Notes under the pieces: model-generated
Databases searched by the model: none
The model's input: the letters and a program-made list of their open reading frames with translations, nothing else
What the model was told of the DNA's origin: nothing
Position numbers and translations under genes: made by a program
In this document: in pieces, positions 41,900 through 45,499 of the stretch
Numbering within the stretch: position 1 is the stretch's first letter
Layout: every line of letters begins with the position of its first letter
Assembly (NCBI GenBank): GCA_050124775.1
Contig: JASFEP010000002.1
Coordinates: 1-45,499 of the forward strand
From: Candidatus Aminicenantes bacterium
Lineage (GTDB): Bacteria; Acidobacteriota; Aminicenantia; Aminicenantales; Aminicenantaceae
Reading direction: 5' to 3'
Length of the DNA stretch: 45,499 nt

Positions 41900-43396
41900 G
41901 TGATGAAAACGGTAAGAGTGAGATTTGCACCCAGCCCGACGGGGTATCTCCATGTGGGGAATGCCAGAACAGCGCTTTTCAACTGGCTTTTCGCCCGCCA
42001 GAAGGGTGGAGTGTTTGTCCTGAGGGTGGAGGACACGGATGTGGAGAGATCGACGGCGGAATTTGACCTCAAGTTGATGGAGGATCTGTGCTGGCTGGGA
42101 TTGGATTGGGATGAGGGCCCTGATGTGGGCGGGGCTTACGGCCCCTACCGCCAATCCCAGCGTTTGGACGTCTACAGAGCCCATGCCGAAAAATTGCTGG
42201 ATGAGGATAAGGCTTATCCGTGTTTTTGTTCTCCCGATGAGCTCGGGAAAGAGAGACAAAAAGCCCTCGATGCGGGTTTAACCCCTGTTTACAGCGGGAA
42301 ATGCCGAGGAATCCCCAAGGCGGAATCCGCCCGCCGGATCGCCGAGGGCGAGACGGTCACCATCAGGTTGCGCACTCCCGATGAGGGTGTTGCGAGCTTC
42401 CACGATCTTGTGAGAGGAAATCTCCAGTTCGACCTGAGCTTGATCGGAGATCCCGTTCTCCTTCGTTCGAACGGTCTTCCCGCCTACAATTACGCTGTTG
42501 TGGTGGATGATCATTTGATGGCCATAACCCATGTCATCCGCGGCGAGGATCACATCCAGAACACACCTCGACAGATCCTGACGCACCGAGCGTTGGGCTT
42601 CGATCCTCCCGGGTTCGCACATCTGTCTATGGTCATGGGCAAAGACAACACGCGCCTGAGCAAACGCCATGGCGCCACAGCTATCGACCAATTCGATAAA
42701 GAGGGAATCCTTCCATCGTCGCTCTTCAATTATCTGGCACTTTTGGGGTGGTCCCCTCCGGATGGCCAGGAAATTTTAACACAAGAGGAATTGATCCAGT
42801 TATTCCGCCTGGAAAAGGTCAGCCGCTCATCAGCGATCTTCGACTACGATAAACTGGCCTGGATCAACCGCCAGCACATCAAAGCACTCCCCGCCCGGCG
42901 AAAAGCGGAGTACGCTTTCCAGCATCTCAAAGAAGCGGGATGGCTGCCGGAAGAGATGTCCCCGGATCATTGGGATTGGTTGGATCATGCCGTGGAGGCC
43001 TTCGCAGAGAAGATCGATCGTTTCTCACAACTCCCCCTTCTTTTTTCGTCTTTACTCGAGTTTTCTCTCACCCGAATGGATGATGAGGCGAAAGCGATCT
43101 TGAAGGAGCGTTGTTCCAAAGAAGTGATCCAAAGTTTTTCAGAAAAAATAGCACGCGTTGAAGCTTTCGATTACGAGGTGTTTGGCCGGATGGCTGCAGA
43201 GATAAAAGAGGAGACAAAGTGTAAAGGTAAGGAGCTCTACCATCCCTTGAGGGTGGCACTCACAGCACAGGCCTCGGGCCTCGAGCTCGACAGATTCATC
43301 CCGCTCGTCGAGGAGGGTGCGCAACTCGCGCTCCCGAGGCCGATCAAGAGTTGTGCGCAACGGGCCTCAGAAACCCTGGACTATATCGATCAATGA
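41900..43396 (+). CDS. gltX: Glutamate--tRNA ligase
   Basis: HIGH-type motif PSPTGYLHVGNARTA and KMSKS-type motif RLSKRHG. 498 aa; ATG 41903 is an equally possible start. Confidence 0.97.
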   Translation: MMKTVRVRFAPSPTGYLHVGNARTALFNWLFARQKGGVFVLRVEDTDVERSTAEFDLKLMEDLCWLGLDWDEGPDVGGAYGPYRQSQRLDVYRAHAEKLLDEDKAYPCFCSPDELGKERQKALDAGLTPVYSGKCRGIPKAESARRIAEGETVTIRLRTPDEGVASFHDLVRGNLQFDLSLIGDPVLLRSNGLPAYNYAVVVDDHLMAITHVIRGEDHIQNTPRQILTHRALGFDPPGFAHLSMVMGKDNTRLSKRHGATAIDQFDKEGILPSSLFNYLALLGWSPPDGQEILTQEELIQLFRLEKVSRSSAIFDYDKLAWINRQHIKALPARRKAEYAFQHLKEAGWLPEEMSPDHWDWLDHAVEAFAEKIDRFSQLPLLFSSLLEFSLTRMDDEAKAILKERCSKEVIQSFSEKIARVEAFDYEVFGRMAAEIKEETKCKGKELYHPLRVALTAQASGLELDRFIPLVEEGAQLALPRPIKSCAQRASETLDYIDQ

Positions 43397-43408
43397 ACGG
43401 AGGAAAAC

Positions 43409-43897
43409 ATGGACTTTTTTGAATTTGCCCTTGAGATGGAGAAAAAAACGATAGAGAGTTATCGGGAACTGGCCGAGAAATGCCGGAGCAATGAGGGAGT
43501 TAAAAATATTCTTTCAATGCTGGCGGATGATCATGAGAAGCACACAAAAACTCTCAAGGAGATTCAGGACAAAACCGCAGGTGAGATGGAAGAGACGGAT
43601 GCCTTCCGAAAAGCCCGTCAAGTATTTGCGAACATGCAGAAAGAGAAGGACCCTTTCAGTTGCGATCTCGACCAGGTTAAACTCTATGAAAATGCCCGTG
43701 AACTCGTCCTGGAGAAAATCCGGTTCTACACGGACTTCGCCGGGAAAATGGAGGGGGAAGAGAGCAAAAAACTCGTTGCAAAAATGGCTGAGGAAGAGAA
43801 AAAACAGGCCTCAGTGCTCGAAAACATTATCGAAATGGTGCGAAGGCCCGAGACCTGGCTGGAGGATGCAGAATTCCACCACCTGGACGAGTATTAA
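43409..43897 (+). CDS. Ferritin-like / rubrerythrin-like four-helix-bundle protein
   Basis: 162 aa. The paired halves ALEMEKKTIESYRELA...LADDHEKH and ARELVLEKIRFYTDFA...MAEEEKKQ follow the rubrerythrin-family layout. Confidence 0.72.
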   Translation: MDFFEFALEMEKKTIESYRELAEKCRSNEGVKNILSMLADDHEKHTKTLKEIQDKTAGEMEETDAFRKARQVFANMQKEKDPFSCDLDQVKLYENARELVLEKIRFYTDFAGKMEGEESKKLVAKMAEEEKKQASVLENIIEMVRRPETWLEDAEFHHLDEY

Positions 43898-45243
43898 TCC
43901 TTGAACTCAAGGTCGGGCTTGAAGGTGATCCACCCGTTAAAGAGAGAGAGGAGGAAAAAGACAACCATCGTGGCAAAGGATATCCCTATGGATTTCCATA
44001 ATCCCAGGTTCATAACCAGGATCGGTGCCAGTGCCGTGATGAATCCCCCTCCGAGAAATGGCTCGTAGATCATCTGTTTGAACCCGAAGGCCTTGGCGGT
44101 GTCGGTTCTGTAAAGAGGATCGACGACACGGAGGAGGAACAGGCCTATGGCCGTGACTCCTGTCTGCATACCGAACTCCGTGATCCCCCGCTCGAACCAG
44201 AATTTTTTAAACATTCGGGGAGCGAGGAAGGCCGCACAAAACACCATCCAGAGGATTCCCGTCGTCATGATGATCACAAAGGGCCAAAAGTTCGCCAGAA
44301 AAACGTCCAGTCTGATAGTGGCTATGGCTGAGATGACAAGAATATCGAGCGCCAGCCCCAATAGCCTGTCGAAGGTGTTTTTATCGTAATATTTGTCTAT
44401 CCTGAACCAGATGGAAAATTTTTGAACGATCAATCCCCCCAGCATGGCAAGGGGAAACAGTGGAAAGGCCCGAAGTTCGGTATGAAGCGATTTGATCAGC
44501 ACGAGCATCCCCCATCCTATGACGATTGCAATGGAGAGGATACTAAAATGAAAGGTCAAGGGCTCGATGGCTTCGGAGGCGACGGTGGCTGTGGCGATGG
44601 AGAATCGCTCGGGTTTCGGGATCAATCCCTTTTTTTTATAAAGTGGGATCCCTTTTTTTTCGCTCAGATAAGCGCAGTAGTTCCTTCGTATGGCGATATT
44701 GATGAGGATCATACCCACGACAACAGCCGTAATGACACCCACTGTAGCGGACATGAGGGCCAAATCTCCACCCGCTTGGAATCCATAATTACTAAAGACC
44801 TCCTTCATGCCAGCCGCCGTTCCGTGTCCTCCGGAAAATCCGATCTCGACGATGCAACCAAAGGTTTCGTGGACCTTGAAAAGCGGGATCAAAACGACAG
44901 CTGAAACAAGGAGTGCGATAAAATATTGTCCCATTCCTGCGACGACACCGAAGCACAGCTGAGAACCGCCCACGTTCCAAATCTTTTTTATGCCCGGGAT
45001 CTGGACTCCCAGAAAGAGCGATGCAAACACCACATTGATCAATATTCCAGGCAGGGGTTGCCAGTTAGACATGATCCAATCGGGGATGAGGCCAAAACCA
45101 TAGGGCCCTAGGGCCAGAGCCAGGAATCCCGCGATGATGGCTGAGGGAAGAAAAAGGATCTGTAGGACTCGGATGTTCGCCCGTAAAAATTTTCCGAAAA
45201 TGAGGAATATCCCCAGGATACAGATGCTGTAAAGAAAATCCAA
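43894..45243 (-). CDS. gltS: Sodium/glutamate symporter (GltS/ESS family)
   Basis: 449 aa, about 12 TM helices. The N-terminus ILGIFLIFGKFLRANIRVLQILFLPSAIIAGFLALALGP is GltS-like. TTG start at 45243, preceded by GAGAGG. Confidence 0.85.
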   Translation of the reverse strand: MDFLYSICILGIFLIFGKFLRANIRVLQILFLPSAIIAGFLALALGPYGFGLIPDWIMSNWQPLPGILINVVFASLFLGVQIPGIKKIWNVGGSQLCFGVVAGMGQYFIALLVSAVVLIPLFKVHETFGCIVEIGFSGGHGTAAGMKEVFSNYGFQAGGDLALMSATVGVITAVVVGMILINIAIRRNYCAYLSEKKGIPLYKKKGLIPKPERFSIATATVASEAIEPLTFHFSILSIAIVIGWGMLVLIKSLHTELRAFPLFPLAMLGGLIVQKFSIWFRIDKYYDKNTFDRLLGLALDILVISAIATIRLDVFLANFWPFVIIMTTGILWMVFCAAFLAPRMFKKFWFERGITEFGMQTGVTAIGLFLLRVVDPLYRTDTAKAFGFKQMIYEPFLGGGFITALAPILVMNLGLWKSIGISFATMVVFFLLSLFNGWITFKPDLEFKD

Positions 45244-45459
45244 TGTCCGCCTCTCTTAAAAGGATGTACTATTACACCCCATCTGCTCCTCAATAATCAA
45301 GTTTTTTTATCATGTGTTTATCATTTCCAAAACTGTGACGAATGAAGTTCCGGGGTGTTCCCATCGGTCGTTCAAAAACATGCTATGCAGGGACCGTTTC
45401 CCAAAGGGTTTGCGCGCGGAAGGGAATTTAAATCGAATGGGACCGTTCGGCTAACAGAC

Positions 45460-45499
45460 TCTACAAAGAAAAATTCCTCCTCCGATTGTTCTTTGTAGA
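45460..45499. repeat. 11-bp perfect inverted repeat at the window edge
   Basis: TCTACAAAGAA (45460-45470), an 18-nt loop (aaattcctcctccgattg), then TTCTTTGTAGA (45489-45499). The context beyond the window is unknown. Confidence 0.4.

Overview
Core chromosomal, dnaA-proximal region of a diderm bacterium, roughly 50% GC by eye and very tightly packed. LPS-heptose, Mla, LolB-like and Omp85 genes support the diderm call. I call 45 CDS and one tRNA-Gln. I see no rRNA, CRISPR array, transposase or integrase. Gene content, left to right:
- a GNAT gene cut by the window edge
- a complete rnfCDGEAB operon with two appended genes, an RseC-like gene and a Tat-signal NusG-domain-II gene
- a minus-strand DoxX / Tat-exported Gfo-Idh-MocA / TIM-barrel+DUF1080 sugar cluster
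- apbE
- dnaN-dnaA, with an 88% AT spacer between them and DnaA-box-like sites in the dnaA promoter
- a three-gene envelope operon: TPR lipoprotein, lipoprotein, and a 987-aa HExxH peptidase / beta-propeller / Omp85-barrel fusion
- rpmB, relA/spoT, gmhB-waaF, an FmdB zinc ribbon
- a signal-anchored Memo-AMMECR1 fusion
- two small membrane proteins
- the conserved lolB-like / ispE / tRNA-Gln / prs / ctc / pth block
- rpsF-rpsR-rplI, with long charged tails on S6 and L9
- dnaB, mlaEF plus a long-form mlaD, radA, a PIN/TRAM gene, ispD-ispF, a Nudix gene
- a 450-nt gene-free stretch, then gltX, a ferritin-like gene and gltS.

Nothing here looks like a defence island or mobile element. The candidates most worth follow-up are:
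- the POTRA-less Omp85 fusion operon (14929-18913)
- the periplasmic oxidoreductase/lyase-hydratase cluster (7017-10696)
- the rnf-appended genes (5784-6948)
- the exported Memo-AMMECR1 fusion
- the long MlaD
- the DYGFKLS-repeat protein behind a near-consensus promoter
- the structured non-coding stretch at 41019-41466.

All functional calls come from motif and family recognition by eye. No database search was run.
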